From NCBI GenBank assembly GCA_965279515.1, contig CBDIID010000003.1, forward strand, positions 352,001 through 416,000: a DNA stretch of 64,000 nt. The letters are read 5' to 3'. This document shows positions 1 through 10,267 of this stretch, piece by piece. Below the pieces are notes generated by a model, which saw only the letters and a list, made by a program, of their open reading frames with translations, made no database searches and was not told where the DNA came from. The first letter of the stretch is position 1, and every line of letters begins with the position of its first letter. Origin of the DNA: Turneriella sp. (lineage in GTDB: Bacteria; Spirochaetota; Leptospiria; Turneriellales; Turneriellaceae). The position numbers and the translations under genes are program-made.

Positions 1-2
1 TT

Positions 3-305
3 ATTGCTGCGAACGTCATTCAAGCGGCGCGGCTGATCGGTGACGGCTGCGCTTCATTCCGCGAACACTGCGCTGCGGGAATACAACCGAATCTGGAAGT
101 TATTAAAAAACACCTGGAAAACTCGCTCATGCTTGTCACTGCGCTCAATCCGCATATCGGTTACGATAACGCCGCAAAAATCGCTAAAAAAGCCCATAAG
201 GAGAAGACGACGCTGCGTGAGGCGGCCGTCGCATCGGGAATCTTAACTGGAGAGCAATTCGACGCCTGGGTTAAACCCGAAGAGATGACCGGATTCAGGG
301 GTTAG
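3..305 (+). CDS. fumC: Class II fumarate hydratase, C-terminal part (truncated by window start)
   Basis: Manual translation of frame 3 gives ...[29 protein letters not shown]...[10 protein letters not shown]..., the FumC C-terminal signature; TAG at 303-305. Confidence 0.93.
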   Translation: MAANVIQAARLIGDGCASFREHCAAGIQPNLEVIKKHLENSLMLVTALNPHIGYDNAAKIAKKAHKEKTTLREAAVASGILTGEQFDAWVKPEEMTGFRG

Positions 306-313
306 CTGCGGAA

Positions 314-2389
314 TCAGCGGCCATCGCCGCCACCCAGCTTCTGCCGTAAGAAGGTACCGGTAGACTTACTCTTCTGCACCGAACTTTCCATATTACCGAA
401 CTTCGTCTTGAGCTTGGCTTCGAAAACCTTCACATGCTCTTCCTGGCGTTTGATGTCCTTGTCGATCTGCTTTGCACGTTCGGCGTTGGATTTAATCTGT
501 TCCGAAATCAGGCCGCGCGTGAACCGCGTATACGGTTCGAGAAAGTTTTCGGTGACATGCGCATAACCGTTGTCAATCCTCAGGTCGCCGTTGCTGTCGA
601 TGGCGAAGAGTTCTTTGACAGCCGTCGGGTGTTCGGCCAGTGCCTGCGCGAGTTTGGCCTCATCGACTTCGAGAAAGCCTTTGATGACTTCTTCGCGTTT
701 ACCGCCGATGGCGCCGGTGGAGATACCGATCTGCGCCAGTGTGCGCAGGTGAGGTTCGCGGTTTGTGGGGTAAGCGTTAGATGTATGCACTTTAAGGCCA
801 TTCACCAGCTGGCGGATGGTCGCATTCGTGGCAAGAATACCGGATTCCTTGCGCATCTCCTGGTATTTACCGGCTTCTTTGATCCGTGCCGACTTGGCCA
901 CTTCTTCAGAGAACTGCAGCAGCTCGTTATAGGCCTTGACGAAGCCCAACACCTGCTTCTTCGCCGCGTCGTTGTCATTCAGAATCTCGGTCTGTATGTT
1001 GTCAGGCGATGTCTTGAGCAAGTTCAGCGAAACGCCTTCGATCACATCTGCGAGATTACTGTTGGTTTTGCGGCTGATATCGATACCGTCGATTTTAAGG
1101 TGGGCGTTCTGCGCCGGCCGTAAAAGGTTAGGAAAGATTCTTCTTTGCTCTTCTTCAGCCGGGGTCTTATCTTTTTGTTCCTTTGCATGGTCGATCTTCG
1201 GCTGCGCTTTAACCGCATAGGTGAGTTCCATGGGTTCAAAGAGGATGTCTGCACCTTGCGCGTAGAATTCCACTGCTGCTAAATCTTTTTCCACCGGAAT
1301 CTGCTGCGCACCGGCTTTGTTTTTTAGGGAAATCTTTTCTTCGCGGCCGTTATATTTCAGAACAACGCCATAATCGGTGTCACGCATTGCTTCTTTTTTG
1401 CGTGTGCGCGTAATATTATAAGTTTCGAGTTCAATGCCCTTGATATTGATATTGTCTTTGATGCCGTCTGAGACGCTGTCGGGCGCATCATCATTATCGA
1501 TAGCTTCAGAGGGTGAAAGAGCTGCGACCGAGATTTTTTTCAGGCGCTTGGTATCTCCGGCTGCTGTCTGTCCCGGGAGAAAACGATAACGCCCCACCGA
1601 GTTTTCGGGTACGGTCAGGGTCTTCTTATCTTCAGCGGGCACAGATGCCTTGCCCGAGGCGGTCTCGAGCTGCGCCGCGTTGACAATCCAGCGCTCGCTT
1701 TCTGTCGTCTCCGGTGTTTCAGGAGGCTTCTTATCTTCGCCGTCTTTTTTTTCCGGTGGTTTTGGCTCTTTGCCGAAATCGGGGGTGACTGCCGCGCTGA
1801 TGAGCCCGAGACTGCGCAAGAGGCCATCCGGATCTTCCATTTTAATGAGCGCATCTTCGCCCTGCGCAATGGTATCGACGATCAGAATCGATTCATTTTC
1901 CTTAATCTGGACAATCTTGGGGCTCAAATGTTTGCCGTGGTATTTCTGAATGTGCTCGCGCAGCGATTGCAGCGTGCCGCCGTTAAAGGTCGATTCGATG
2001 CCGGCAATTTTCAGCCTTGCCTGCGGCAGTTTTTTACCCGGAGCAAAAGGCGCTGTGGCAAAGCTCAGGTTCGAAGCGAGCTTCAAAATATTCAGTGTAT
2101 GCTTTGATGGCGGCGCATTTTTGCGCACGGTGCCGTCTACGATACCGGCCGGATTGGCGTTGAGTTTTTTCTGTTCAAACGCCGCTTCGAAAGAAGCCAT
2201 CGCATGCAGGGCATCCTGCAGGGTCTTTGTGCGTTTTCTGAGTTCCGTCAGCGCCTTCGAGGTATCTGATAGATCTTTTTTGTTGCCTTCGAGGCGTACG
2301 ATCGGGGCTTTTTCAACCTCAACGAGCTTGCGGACAAGGTCTTTGGTATCTATTCCCGACGCGAGGCCGGTCATTTGCGGTGCTGGCAT
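314..2389 (-). CDS. fliD: Flagellar filament cap protein (HAP2)
   Basis: N-terminal GLASGIDTKDLVRKLVEVE, plus AQNAHLKIDGIDISRKTN and GVSLNLLK motifs and a C-terminal coiled coil, all typical of FliD. Confidence 0.93.
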   Translation of the reverse strand: MPAPQMTGLASGIDTKDLVRKLVEVEKAPIVRLEGNKKDLSDTSKALTELRKRTKTLQDALHAMASFEAAFEQKKLNANPAGIVDGTVRKNAPPSKHTLNILKLASNLSFATAPFAPGKKLPQARLKIAGIESTFNGGTLQSLREHIQKYHGKHLSPKIVQIKENESILIVDTIAQGEDALIKMEDPDGLLRSLGLISAAVTPDFGKEPKPPEKKDGEDKKPPETPETTESERWIVNAAQLETASGKASVPAEDKKTLTVPENSVGRYRFLPGQTAAGDTKRLKKISVAALSPSEAIDNDDAPDSVSDGIKDNINIKGIELETYNITRTRKKEAMRDTDYGVVLKYNGREEKISLKNKAGAQQIPVEKDLAAVEFYAQGADILFEPMELTYAVKAQPKIDHAKEQKDKTPAEEEQRRIFPNLLRPAQNAHLKIDGIDISRKTNSNLADVIEGVSLNLLKTSPDNIQTEILNDNDAAKKQVLGFVKAYNELLQFSEEVAKSARIKEAGKYQEMRKESGILATNATIRQLVNGLKVHTSNAYPTNREPHLRTLAQIGISTGAIGGKREEVIKGFLEVDEAKLAQALAEHPTAVKELFAIDSNGDLRIDNGYAHVTENFLEPYTRFTRGLISEQIKSNAERAKQIDKDIKRQEEHVKVFEAKLKTKFGNMESSVQKSKSTGTFLRQKLGGGDGR

Positions 2390-2448
2390 GATTTATGTCC
2401 CCTATCCGCTTTTCGGCGGATTTAGGCAAATCCACAAGCCTTTTTCAT

Positions 2449-2476
2449 AAAAAAAGGGGTGGTCACCCACCCCTTT
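2449..2476 (-). terminator. Intrinsic terminator after DUF2147 gene
   Basis: AAAGGGGTGG-TCAC-CCACCCCTTT stem followed by a T run on the minus strand. Confidence 0.7.
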
Positions 2477-2513
2477 GGTCGTTTTTAGAGAGCCGGTAGC
2501 TCTCTGACGGCGA

Positions 2514-2945
2514 TTAAAGCTTTTTCCAGACCTGTGTGCGTCCGAGCAAAGAGAAGCCGATAAAGCCACGCACCTTCAGTGAGTTGCCTTCGCGCTTGAT
2601 CTTGCACTTATAGGTTTTACCGTTTTTAGGGTCGAGGATCGTGCCGCCTTTCCATTCATCCCCGTCTTCTTTAAGATTCCAGAGAATCATAAGGCCCACG
2701 ACTTTTTTGCCGTTGTTTTCGCCTTTGCACTCTGTGCAAACGGGATCCGGATCTTCGCCGGGTTTACGGTTGAGAAGTTTTGTAACTTTTCCGTACGCCG
2801 TGCCGTTGTGAACCCAAATGTTCACATGCGACCGCGCCTGGCCTGTCTCATCATCGATGGTCATCCATGTGCCAGCGATGTCTTCTGCCATGAGTCCTGT
2901 GGACAAAAGGCCGAATGTAATCATACCGAGCAAGATTTTCTTCAT
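2514..2945 (-). CDS. Secreted DUF2147-family protein
   Basis: Signal peptide MKKILLG..., then GTWMTIDD, GGTILDPKNGKTYKC and LKVRGFIGFSLLGRTQVW motifs; start moved to ATG 2945 (GGAG upstream). Confidence 0.85.
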   Translation of the reverse strand: MKKILLGMITFGLLSTGLMAEDIAGTWMTIDDETGQARSHVNIWVHNGTAYGKVTKLLNRKPGEDPDPVCTECKGENNGKKVVGLMILWNLKEDGDEWKGGTILDPKNGKTYKCKIKREGNSLKVRGFIGFSLLGRTQVWKKL

Positions 2946-3017
2946 TGATTTTCCTCCGCTACCGGCCGCAAAAGGTCCGGTGACTTTTTTGCTCAGGTCG
3001 CGCACCCTGAAGCACAG

Positions 3018-3554
3018 TCAAGCATTATTGATCGCTTTAAGGGCCATTTCAAGCGCCGGTAAAATCTGTTCTTTTTTGGCACGCTGGTTTTCCGGCTGAA
3101 AAGATAACAGATAATCGGCGATGCCATTCGAATCATCTGCCGGTCTGCCAACGCCAATACGTATGCGATGGAAATCCCCCGTGCCGATGACAGCCATGAT
3201 GCTGCGCAACCCGTTATGCCCCTTGTGCCCGCCGCCGAATTTATGCCTGACTTCAGTAAACGGTAGTTCAACTTCATCATGTAATACAATCAGGTGGGAT
3301 TTCTCAATGTTATATTTCTTGAGCGCCTTTGCCACGCTTTGGCCCGAGAGGTTCATAAAAGTCTGTGGCTTCAGGAAAATGAACACAACGTCGCCCTCTT
3401 CGCTTTGGCCCGTATAGGCCTCGAGCGCTTTGTTCGCGCTGTATGATACGTCTGGAAAAACCTGGTCCAGCGCCATGGCACCGGCATTATGCCGCGTGAA
3501 GCGGTATTTATCCCCGGGATTCATGAGCCCCGCCAGCAGCACTTTTTTCGACAC
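3018..3554 (-). CDS. pth: Peptidyl-tRNA hydrolase
   Basis: GLMNPG..Y..TRHNAG, KPQTFMNLSG, GHNGLRSI and RIRIGVGRP motifs. Confidence 0.95.
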   Translation of the reverse strand: MSKKVLLAGLMNPGDKYRFTRHNAGAMALDQVFPDVSYSANKALEAYTGQSEEGDVVFIFLKPQTFMNLSGQSVAKALKKYNIEKSHLIVLHDEVELPFTEVRHKFGGGHKGHNGLRSIMAVIGTGDFHRIRIGVGRPADDSNGIADYLLSFQPENQRAKKEQILPALEMALKAINNA

Positions 3555-3631
3555 GCCGGTTGAGTCTGAATTCGCCCTTACCGCGCCAGTTCTTTTTTGG
3601 TTGCAAAAGCCACGACCTGTGATATAGCGGC

Positions 3632-3897
3632 GTGCCGGTTTCTGGGACGTACGGGCTTCTTTTTTAAGTTTTGAACCAATGTTAGAAAACCGGAGGCCAA
3701 GACCCCTTGAGGGTTCTATTTGTTATGTTCGCGCAGAGGGGCCAGCCTTTCTGCGCGGGCCCTGCAGGAACCGTAACCCGGTTCCGCCACGGCATAAAAG
3801 TAGGGGTACACCCCGAAGAGTAATGCATAACGTGAGGCCTCCAAAATTATTTGTAGGTTCAATTCTGCAAATGACAACGGCGCCCTGGTACCGGCAC
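3632..3897 (+). ncRNA. Structured ncRNA candidate, 6S (SsrS)-like rod
   Basis: Nested pairings GTGCCGGT(3632)/ACCGGCAC(3897), TTGAACC(3671)/GGTTCAA(3862) and GGAGGCC(3692)/GGCCTCC(3842) separated by internal bubbles; promoter-like TTGCAA..TGATATAG just upstream; T-rich 3' end. Confidence 0.5.
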
Positions 3898-3907
3898 TTT
3901 TCTTACC

Positions 3908-4507
3908 ATGCAAGACCTCAAAGATGAGGAGCTGATCCGTGAACTCAAACGCGCCGAGCTCTCAGAACACCTGATCGGCGACACCGGGCAAACAGCCGGT
4001 GCACAGAAAATTTTCGCGATTCTCGTCGACCGCCACCACCGGCCCTTTGCCCGCCTCGTCGCTTTACGTTATCCCGTCGACTCCTCGAGCGCCGATGAAA
4101 TCACCCAGGACTTTTGGCTTGAATGTTATTCCGCCCTGCCCCGTTATAATCCCGAGCGGCCCTTTTTGTCATGGGCGACGACGATCCTGTTCCGCACCGC
4201 AGAGCGTTTTCTGAAGAAGCGCCGCAAAGAGGTGCAGCTTTCACCGCAGAACGATTTTTTTGATTTGCAGGCATCTAAAGGCGACGGCATTGAGAACGAA
4301 ACACTCGACCGTAACCAGATTGAGGGTATGCTGACGGCGGTCAGAAAATTACCGGGCGACCTGGCGCTGCTCATTCAACTCAGGTTCTTTGAACAGAAAA
4401 AAATCGAAGATATTATGGAGGCAACGGGGCTTGCGCGCTCGACGGTGTTTGACAAGCTCAACCTTGCCTATAAGAAAATCCGCACCCTCATGGGCACGGA
4501 ACCATAG
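3908..4507 (+). CDS. ECF-type sigma-70 RNA polymerase sigma factor
   Basis: Region 2 (ADEITQDFWLECY..., FLSWATTI) and region 4 HTH (IQLRFFEQKKIEDIMEATGLARSTV). Confidence 0.85.
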   Translation: MQDLKDEELIRELKRAELSEHLIGDTGQTAGAQKIFAILVDRHHRPFARLVALRYPVDSSSADEITQDFWLECYSALPRYNPERPFLSWATTILFRTAERFLKKRRKEVQLSPQNDFFDLQASKGDGIENETLDRNQIEGMLTAVRKLPGDLALLIQLRFFEQKKIEDIMEATGLARSTVFDKLNLAYKKIRTLMGTEP

Positions 4508-4510
4508 GCC

Positions 4511-5650
4511 CTACAAAAGCTCTTTTGCGGCTTTTTCGCGGAGTTCTTTAATTTCCGCCAGCGCTTCGCGCTTCGCGATCAACAGCACACCGTTATCCTC
4601 AACAAGCACGCAATTTTCCAGCCCTAAGAGTGCAATAGTCAGATTCGTTTTGATAATATTTCCCTTTGCGCGGTGGCTAATCACATTTCCCTGAATTACG
4701 TGATTTCCGTTTTCATCGGCCGGATAGATGCGGCTAAGAGCATCAAACGAACCGACGTCGTCCCATGAGAAATCCGCCTGAATCAAGCCTACCTTTTTGG
4801 TTTTCTCCATAATCGCATAGTCGATGGAAATATTCTGCATTTTAGGAAAATTTTTAGCCAAATTTGCGGGGCTTAGGGCTGACAGATCTGCGAGTTTAAG
4901 CATCTCACTTTGATAAATCCGGAAATCCTCCCGAATACGACCCAGTGAAAAAATGAACATCCCTGAATTCCAAAAATGCCGCTCCGTGGTCAGGTAGTGA
5001 TTCGCTGTCTGATAATCTGGCTTTTCACGAAAGCTGGAGATGGCACTCATTCGAGGGGCAACTTCAATTCCGGCTTCAATATACCCATATCCGGTTTCAG
5101 CACGGGTTGGCTTTATCCCAAGACACCATATGCGTTCTGCGGCGCGGGCCAGAGCAAGTTTAACGGTTTCTGCCCATTGCATCGGCTGACCGATATGGTG
5201 ATCCGCTGCAAGCATGACGACTCCAGATTGGTCATCCGCACCGAATTGCTTGAGATAAGATGTAAAATACGCAATGATTGGCGCTGTATTGCGCGCCACT
5301 GGTTCTATCAGATATTGCTTCTTGTCTAGCTTAACAATCTTCTGTATCTTTGCTGCCAAATCTTTATTTGTGCCTATATAGATACGATCCGGTGTCGTTA
5401 AAAGCCGCGCACGATCCACAGCTTCTTCAATCAGGGTTTTTTTAGTACCAACGTGAATTAACTGTTTGGGCCGGCTTATCCGACTCAGTGGCCAAAGCCT
5501 TGTCCCTGAGCCTCCGGCCATGATCATTACGAAGGGTTTGCCATTATGTACAAACTCTTTTGTCGCCTTTACAGGTTTTAGCGTCGATTTTGGAGCCACT
5601 TTACTCTGCCCGCCCGATTTCGCCGCCGTCGGTGTTTTCGCCTTTGCCAT
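4511..5650 (-). CDS. manC: Mannose-1-phosphate guanylyltransferase
   Basis: MAGGSGTRLWPLSR..PKQ, EPVARNTAP, ETGYGYI, SFREKPD, WNSGMF, SIDYAIME and WDDVGS motifs. Confidence 0.92.
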   Translation of the reverse strand: MAKAKTPTAAKSGGQSKVAPKSTLKPVKATKEFVHNGKPFVMIMAGGSGTRLWPLSRISRPKQLIHVGTKKTLIEEAVDRARLLTTPDRIYIGTNKDLAAKIQKIVKLDKKQYLIEPVARNTAPIIAYFTSYLKQFGADDQSGVVMLAADHHIGQPMQWAETVKLALARAAERIWCLGIKPTRAETGYGYIEAGIEVAPRMSAISSFREKPDYQTANHYLTTERHFWNSGMFIFSLGRIREDFRIYQSEMLKLADLSALSPANLAKNFPKMQNISIDYAIMEKTKKVGLIQADFSWDDVGSFDALSRIYPADENGNHVIQGNVISHRAKGNIIKTNLTIALLGLENCVLVEDNGVLLIAKREALAEIKELREKAAKELL

Positions 5651-6563
5651 CTCGTCCCCTTGCTGGTTTTTTGTCAGTTTGAATAGTCATGTTGCGCTTA
5701 GGGCCGCCCGAGGCGTCGAGAATGACGCTACCGGCGCGCGGCGCAATTTTCTCAATTTTGTAATATTCGAGAATTTCAGGATTTTCCGTAATCAGTGCGC
5801 CCATGCGTTCAGCCTTTGCGATATCTTCATGGTTACGCTTACGGTCAAGCGCCAAATCGGCTTCTTTTTCAATCTGCGTTAACAGCGCCTGGCGGTCGGC
5901 GGCGGCGACCTGGTCGAGGTTTTTTGTCTGCGCCGCATAAATCTGGCTATCAGGCACATAGAGGTCGCGCAGTTCAACGGCTTTCAGTTTATACCACGAA
6001 CTTCTCAGCTGTGCATCGAGACGCTTCTGTAGCTCAGCGAGATTGCTGTTATTAAAAAAACCGGTGATGGCCGTTTTAATCTTTTCGAGATTTTTTTCGT
6101 CGCTGTTGATAGCGATGAAATATTCTGAAGCCAGAAACTGCAGCTGTTCTTCGATAAATTTATCCCGCTCTGTCGGCTTCATTTGTAAGGCCTTCAATGC
6201 CGCAAATGTGTCAGCCGGGGGGATCTCCCCCTCGATTCTGAGTTTTAGCTGCACATAAAACAGGTCGCCCAGCCTGAGGTAGGCACTGTATTTCAAGGGC
6301 AGTCTGATCTTGATTTCCTGTACCTTCGGCTGGGTTTCGAGCTGGTACTTTCTAAACCGGTATGGTACAAATAATGTCGGCACAAAGGTCATGCCCGGCT
6401 CGTAGAGGAAAAAGCCGCGGTTCTCAAGCCCGCCGGTGGCGAACTGCGATTGCAGAAAAGTTACATGTCCCGGCGGGACGGACAGAATATTCAGGTAAGC
6501 GACCGTTACAACCGAAGCCAGAGCTAAAATCTGAAAAGCTCTTCTGAAAAAATCTGCGAACAC
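5601..6563 (-). CDS. Membrane-anchored protein, possibly SPFH/Band-7-like
   Basis: N-terminal TM segment followed by VPPGHV; VELRDLYVP and a C-terminal coiled coil; lies in the same strand run as hfq. Confidence 0.55.
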   Translation of the reverse strand: MFADFFRRAFQILALASVVTVAYLNILSVPPGHVTFLQSQFATGGLENRGFFLYEPGMTFVPTLFVPYRFRKYQLETQPKVQEIKIRLPLKYSAYLRLGDLFYVQLKLRIEGEIPPADTFAALKALQMKPTERDKFIEEQLQFLASEYFIAINSDEKNLEKIKTAITGFFNNSNLAELQKRLDAQLRSSWYKLKAVELRDLYVPDSQIYAAQTKNLDQVAAADRQALLTQIEKEADLALDRKRNHEDIAKAERMGALITENPEILEYYKIEKIAPRAGSVILDASGGPKRNMTIQTDKKPARGRDGKGENTDGGEIGRAE

Positions 6564-6569
6564 AGTCTG

Positions 6570-6827
6570 TTATTCGCCGCTATTTTCCTCAGAACCGGGA
6601 GCGTCAGGATTATGCAGGCGTATCGGGCGTTCAGGGGATATCGTCGTCACTGCATGCTTATAGACAAGCGTCTGTTTGTGGTCGTGCTCGAGCACGATGG
6701 TGAAATTATCAAAGCTGACGACCCTGCCCTTGATGGGTACACCGTTGGAAAGGTAGATGGTAATGCCCATCTTTTCCTTGCGGATCTGGTTGAGAATGAA
6801 GTCTTGCAGGTTATTTTTAGTCATCAT
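6570..6827 (-). CDS. hfq: RNA chaperone Hfq
   Basis: [44 protein letters not shown]; classic miaA-hfq synteny; start set to ATG 6827. Confidence 0.95.
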   Translation of the reverse strand: MMTKNNLQDFILNQIRKEKMGITIYLSNGVPIKGRVVSFDNFTIVLEHDHKQTLVYKHAVTTISPERPIRLHNPDAPGSEENSGE

Positions 6828-6831
6828 GGTA

Positions 6832-7800
6832 TCAGATCGCAAATTCTTTGACAAGCGCGGCAATTCGCTCATTTTCATAAGACGGGTCAACTGTTTTTGT
6901 GTTCGGGGGTTTGGGTGTTGCGTTTTTGTACCATGTCTGCTGGCGTTTCACGAGGCGGATCGTATTCTGCGCGATAGCAGCCTCCACATTCTTCAACTCC
7001 TCCGGCGAAAGTTCCCCGGGTAACCGGCCAGTTGCATCATAAATTTCGAGAAATTCCCGGATGCCGATACCCGTCAGCGCGGGAATCCTTTGCCAGTTTT
7101 TTATGTCACCTTGCTCACGCGCCGCAGAGAGCACCTGCTGCACTTCGGCCACGAGACCTGCGGCGAACATTTTGCTCACACGCTCTGCCGTAAGCCGGCG
7201 CAAACGCTCGCGATCCATGTCGAAGATGAGCATGAGAATCTCAAAATCAGCTGCGATGCCGCCAATCCGGGAAAGGCCGCTGATCGGTGCGCCATGCGCG
7301 AGGCAGAGCATCAGCGCACGCCTGACGCGGATGGTATTGTGCGCGTGGTTCTGCGCCGCTGCCAACGGATCGAGTTTCTGAAGTTCTGCAAACGCTTCCT
7401 GCGGCGCCATAGCGTCGACGCGAGACTGTATATCGATCGGTATATCGATAGCCGGCAACAAACCGTAGAGCAGCGCCTGCAGGTAAAAGTAGGTACCGCC
7501 ACAGATGAGTGGTATCTGCCCTCTCCCCTGGGCCTGCGCAATTTCAGCCTTTGCGGCCCGCATGAATTCCCCCGCGGAAAAGGTTTCGCTGAGCGGTAAA
7601 AAGTTATAGAGCGCATGCGGAAATTTTTTGAGCTCGTTGCCCGTTGGCGCGGCTGAGGCAATCGAAATGCCGCGATAGACCTGGCGGGAATCCGCATTGA
7701 TGATGGTCAGTGGCAAGCCGGAGAGTTGGTTATAGATGAAGGCAGATTTACCGGCGGCCGTCGCCCCGGTGATGATGACTAATTTGGGGCGTGTTGTCAT
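6832..7800 (-). CDS. miaA: tRNA dimethylallyltransferase
   Basis: [30 protein letters not shown] and KRQQTW motifs. Confidence 0.93.
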   Translation of the reverse strand: MTTRPKLVIITGATAAGKSAFIYNQLSGLPLTIINADSRQVYRGISIASAAPTGNELKKFPHALYNFLPLSETFSAGEFMRAAKAEIAQAQGRGQIPLICGGTYFYLQALLYGLLPAIDIPIDIQSRVDAMAPQEAFAELQKLDPLAAAQNHAHNTIRVRRALMLCLAHGAPISGLSRIGGIAADFEILMLIFDMDRERLRRLTAERVSKMFAAGLVAEVQQVLSAAREQGDIKNWQRIPALTGIGIREFLEIYDATGRLPGELSPEELKNVEAAIAQNTIRLVKRQQTWYKNATPKPPNTKTVDPSYENERIAALVKEFAI

Positions 7801-7875
7801 GAAAACTTTTACCGAAGATAGCTAAAATATAAAAACCACGGCGGCACGGCGAGCACGGCGCTGGTTATACTCCAA

Positions 7876-8436
7876 TTAAGTCATATGGGTGCGAACAATT
7901 TGCGCCAGCTCTTCGGCGGCATTCATCAGGTCGTCGTTGACCACAACATAGTCAAAATTGTCTTTTTCCATGATTTCGAGCCGCGCGAGTTCCAGCCGGC
8001 TCTGGATCTCCGCTTCGGTTTCAGAGCCACGCGCACGCAGTCGGCGTTCGAGTTCGAGCATGTCAGGGGGCACGATAAACAGGCTCACCATGCGCAGCTC
8101 TTTGCCGCGCAGCGTCTGCGCCCCCTGCACGTCGATGTCGAGGATAGGATATTTACCGTCTTTAAAGATGCGGTCGAGTTCGCCGACTTCGGTGCCATAA
8201 AAATTTTCGAGCACCTGGGCATATTCGATGAATTGGTTCTCAGCGATGCGTTTTTCAAATTCTTCGCGCGACAGAAAATGGTAGTTGATACCGTCAATTT
8301 CGTTCGCGCGGCGCTGGCGCGTGGTTGACGAAATCGAATGTTTCAGCCGTGGCTCTTTTTGCAGCAGTATGTTAATGAGACTGTTCTTTCCTCCCCCGGA
8401 AGGGGCCGAGATCACGAAGATCGGGCGCTCGAACAT
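7876..8436 (-). CDS. gmk: Guanylate kinase
   Basis: SAPSGGGK P-loop, STTRQRRANEIDGINYHF, NFYGT and ILDIDVQGA motifs. Confidence 0.95.
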   Translation of the reverse strand: MFERPIFVISAPSGGGKNSLINILLQKEPRLKHSISSTTRQRRANEIDGINYHFLSREEFEKRIAENQFIEYAQVLENFYGTEVGELDRIFKDGKYPILDIDVQGAQTLRGKELRMVSLFIVPPDMLELERRLRARGSETEAEIQSRLELARLEIMEKDNFDYVVVNDDLMNAAEELAQIVRTHMT

Positions 8437-8485
8437 TTTTCAAGATCGGCGAATTTGATGGCGCGTAAACAAGTTTCGCGAGCAA

Positions 8486-9415
8486 TCAGGGGCGGTTATA
8501 ACCGACGCCAAATCTTTCCAGTGAAGCAAGCCTTTCGCGGGCCGCATGCTGGTAAGGGCTGCCTGAATATTTGAGGACCTGTTTGTATGCCGCCTGTGCC
8601 TTATGGGTATCCCGGTGGTACCAGGGCCGCTCATAGAGCTGCCCTAGGTTATACCAGGCCCGATCGAGCGGCAGTTCCTTTAAGGTTTGCCCGGTCTTAA
8701 CGTCTGTGCCCTCGGCCATCAGCGTGCGCGTCAGGTGCGGCAGCGCCGCCTCAAAGCGACCTGCATCTAAAAGAAGCAATCCCAGCCGCAGCCGCGCGAG
8801 TTTACCTTCGGTCGAACGTGGTTGCAATTCGCTGATATAGGCATAGATGCGCTCGGCGTCATTCAAACATTCATTCTTTTTCAGGATTTCCTTCGCGCAG
8901 GCATGGTAGCCGTCAGCGATACGCAGGTATGCCTGCACCTTGAGCTTTTCATCGACGCCCTCAGCCTCGCCTTCAAGCCCGGCATCGCCGCGGCGGGCGC
9001 GCAGCCAAAGTGCGGTCAGCCGGGCCTCGCGGCTGTAGTCGTCGTCACCTGCTTCCTGCGATTTTTTCAGGAATTCGAGGCTTTTATCGGTACGGTTCGA
9101 GCGCAGGTACATGTGCGCATTCTCGAGATAAACTTTGGTCAGGGGATGCTTTTGCGCAGCCAGTGCTGCCGCTTCTTCGCGTGCGGCTTCGGCAGTATCA
9201 TTGCCAGCCGCAGGGCTTGCGGGCGCCGGCGCCGCGGTTTCGCCCGGGGGTGGAGTTACCGGAACGGCCGAAGTGGCAGGCGGTGTGGCCTGAACAGCTT
9301 CGCCGGCAGCTGTTTCGGGCAAAATATTGCCGCGTTGGTCAAAACGCCTTTTCGCGGCAACAACGGGAGATGCCACCGCAACGATCAGGATGTACCAGAG
9401 AGCGGAGCGCATCAT
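8486..9415 (-). CDS. Secreted TPR-like protein
   Basis: Signal peptide, Pro/Ala linker and helical repeats (AWYNLGQLYE, ARLRLGLLLL). Confidence 0.7.
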   Translation of the reverse strand: MMRSALWYILIVAVASPVVAAKRRFDQRGNILPETAAGEAVQATPPATSAVPVTPPPGETAAPAPASPAAGNDTAEAAREEAAALAAQKHPLTKVYLENAHMYLRSNRTDKSLEFLKKSQEAGDDDYSREARLTALWLRARRGDAGLEGEAEGVDEKLKVQAYLRIADGYHACAKEILKKNECLNDAERIYAYISELQPRSTEGKLARLRLGLLLLDAGRFEAALPHLTRTLMAEGTDVKTGQTLKELPLDRAWYNLGQLYERPWYHRDTHKAQAAYKQVLKYSGSPYQHAARERLASLERFGVGYNRP

Positions 9416-10176
9416 TCCATAAATTCCATTTTGTTTTTCGAAGATTTCGGCGCCGTTGCGGCTTTTTCGGCTGCAGGAGCTTTTCGTCGGGGGGCATCCC
9501 CCTCGTCGAAGACATCGCGTGCCTTTGTGGCCGCTGGTGACACGGGTTTCATCGCCTGTGGCTTCTCGACCGCAGGGGCACCGGGGGCTTCCTTCTTCGC
9601 TGAGGTTTCCGCCGCAGAGGGCATCCTGCCCGGCGTAAACCCCGCGCTTCCTTGCGCCGCACCGATTTTCTCTTTGGTCAGGTGTGCATCATCGTCTTCA
9701 ATGGCTTTCTTATCGGGGGCAATGCGGGGTATCTGGTAGCTGTCGCCCAAATAACCGGGGGATTTCTCTTTGGGCCGCATCACGTCTTCGTGCTTGAGCA
9801 CCTCTTCTTTTTCACCCATGAGGTGGCCCATGGTGTCGCGGCCCATGGGTACAAAGCTGGTATCATCCTTCGCCTGCTGCCGCGACGGAAAATCCAGGGG
9901 ATCGACTTCGACGTCTTCGACGAGTTTACGTTTCTTGGCATACTCTTCGCGCATTTCCTGTAAATAAAAGATATCGCGGTTGCGTTCGACGAGTTTAAAG
10001 CCCACCGGTTTGGCATCTGCAAGGCCCTTGTTGATACCGGCAATGATAGCCAGCAAAGCACAGAGCGCCGCAAAGGCCAGCGAGGCCTTCTGTATGATAT
10101 CGCGGATATGGGGGGGAATCTTTTCAATCATCCCGTCGATGCCGGGTATGATCCGACCAAAAATGCGGCGCAGCAT
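9412..10176 (-). CDS. Hypothetical membrane-anchored protein
   Basis: One TM helix and an Ala/Lys/Pro-rich tail; 4-nt overlap with the downstream gene. Confidence 0.7.
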   Translation of the reverse strand: MLRRIFGRIIPGIDGMIEKIPPHIRDIIQKASLAFAALCALLAIIAGINKGLADAKPVGFKLVERNRDIFYLQEMREEYAKKRKLVEDVEVDPLDFPSRQQAKDDTSFVPMGRDTMGHLMGEKEEVLKHEDVMRPKEKSPGYLGDSYQIPRIAPDKKAIEDDDAHLTKEKIGAAQGSAGFTPGRMPSAAETSAKKEAPGAPAVEKPQAMKPVSPAATKARDVFDEGDAPRRKAPAAEKAATAPKSSKNKMEFME

Positions 10177-10267
10177 AGGTTGATTATCGTAATTTTTGCC
10201 GCCTTTGCCCGCAAAAATTACGGATCATATAGGCTTTACTACATGTGCAGCGCACAAAAAATGACTT

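Noticed and set aside
2400..2440. Sigma28 promoter for fliD (GCCGAAAA on the minus strand)
   Set aside because: A -10-like element is present, but there is no TAAA at 15-nt spacing.
3632..3897. tmRNA, RNase P RNA, SRP RNA or tRNA identity for the structured region
   Set aside because: It lacks tRNA-like ends and a T-loop, the GAGGAAAGUCC motif and the SRP helix-8 motif.
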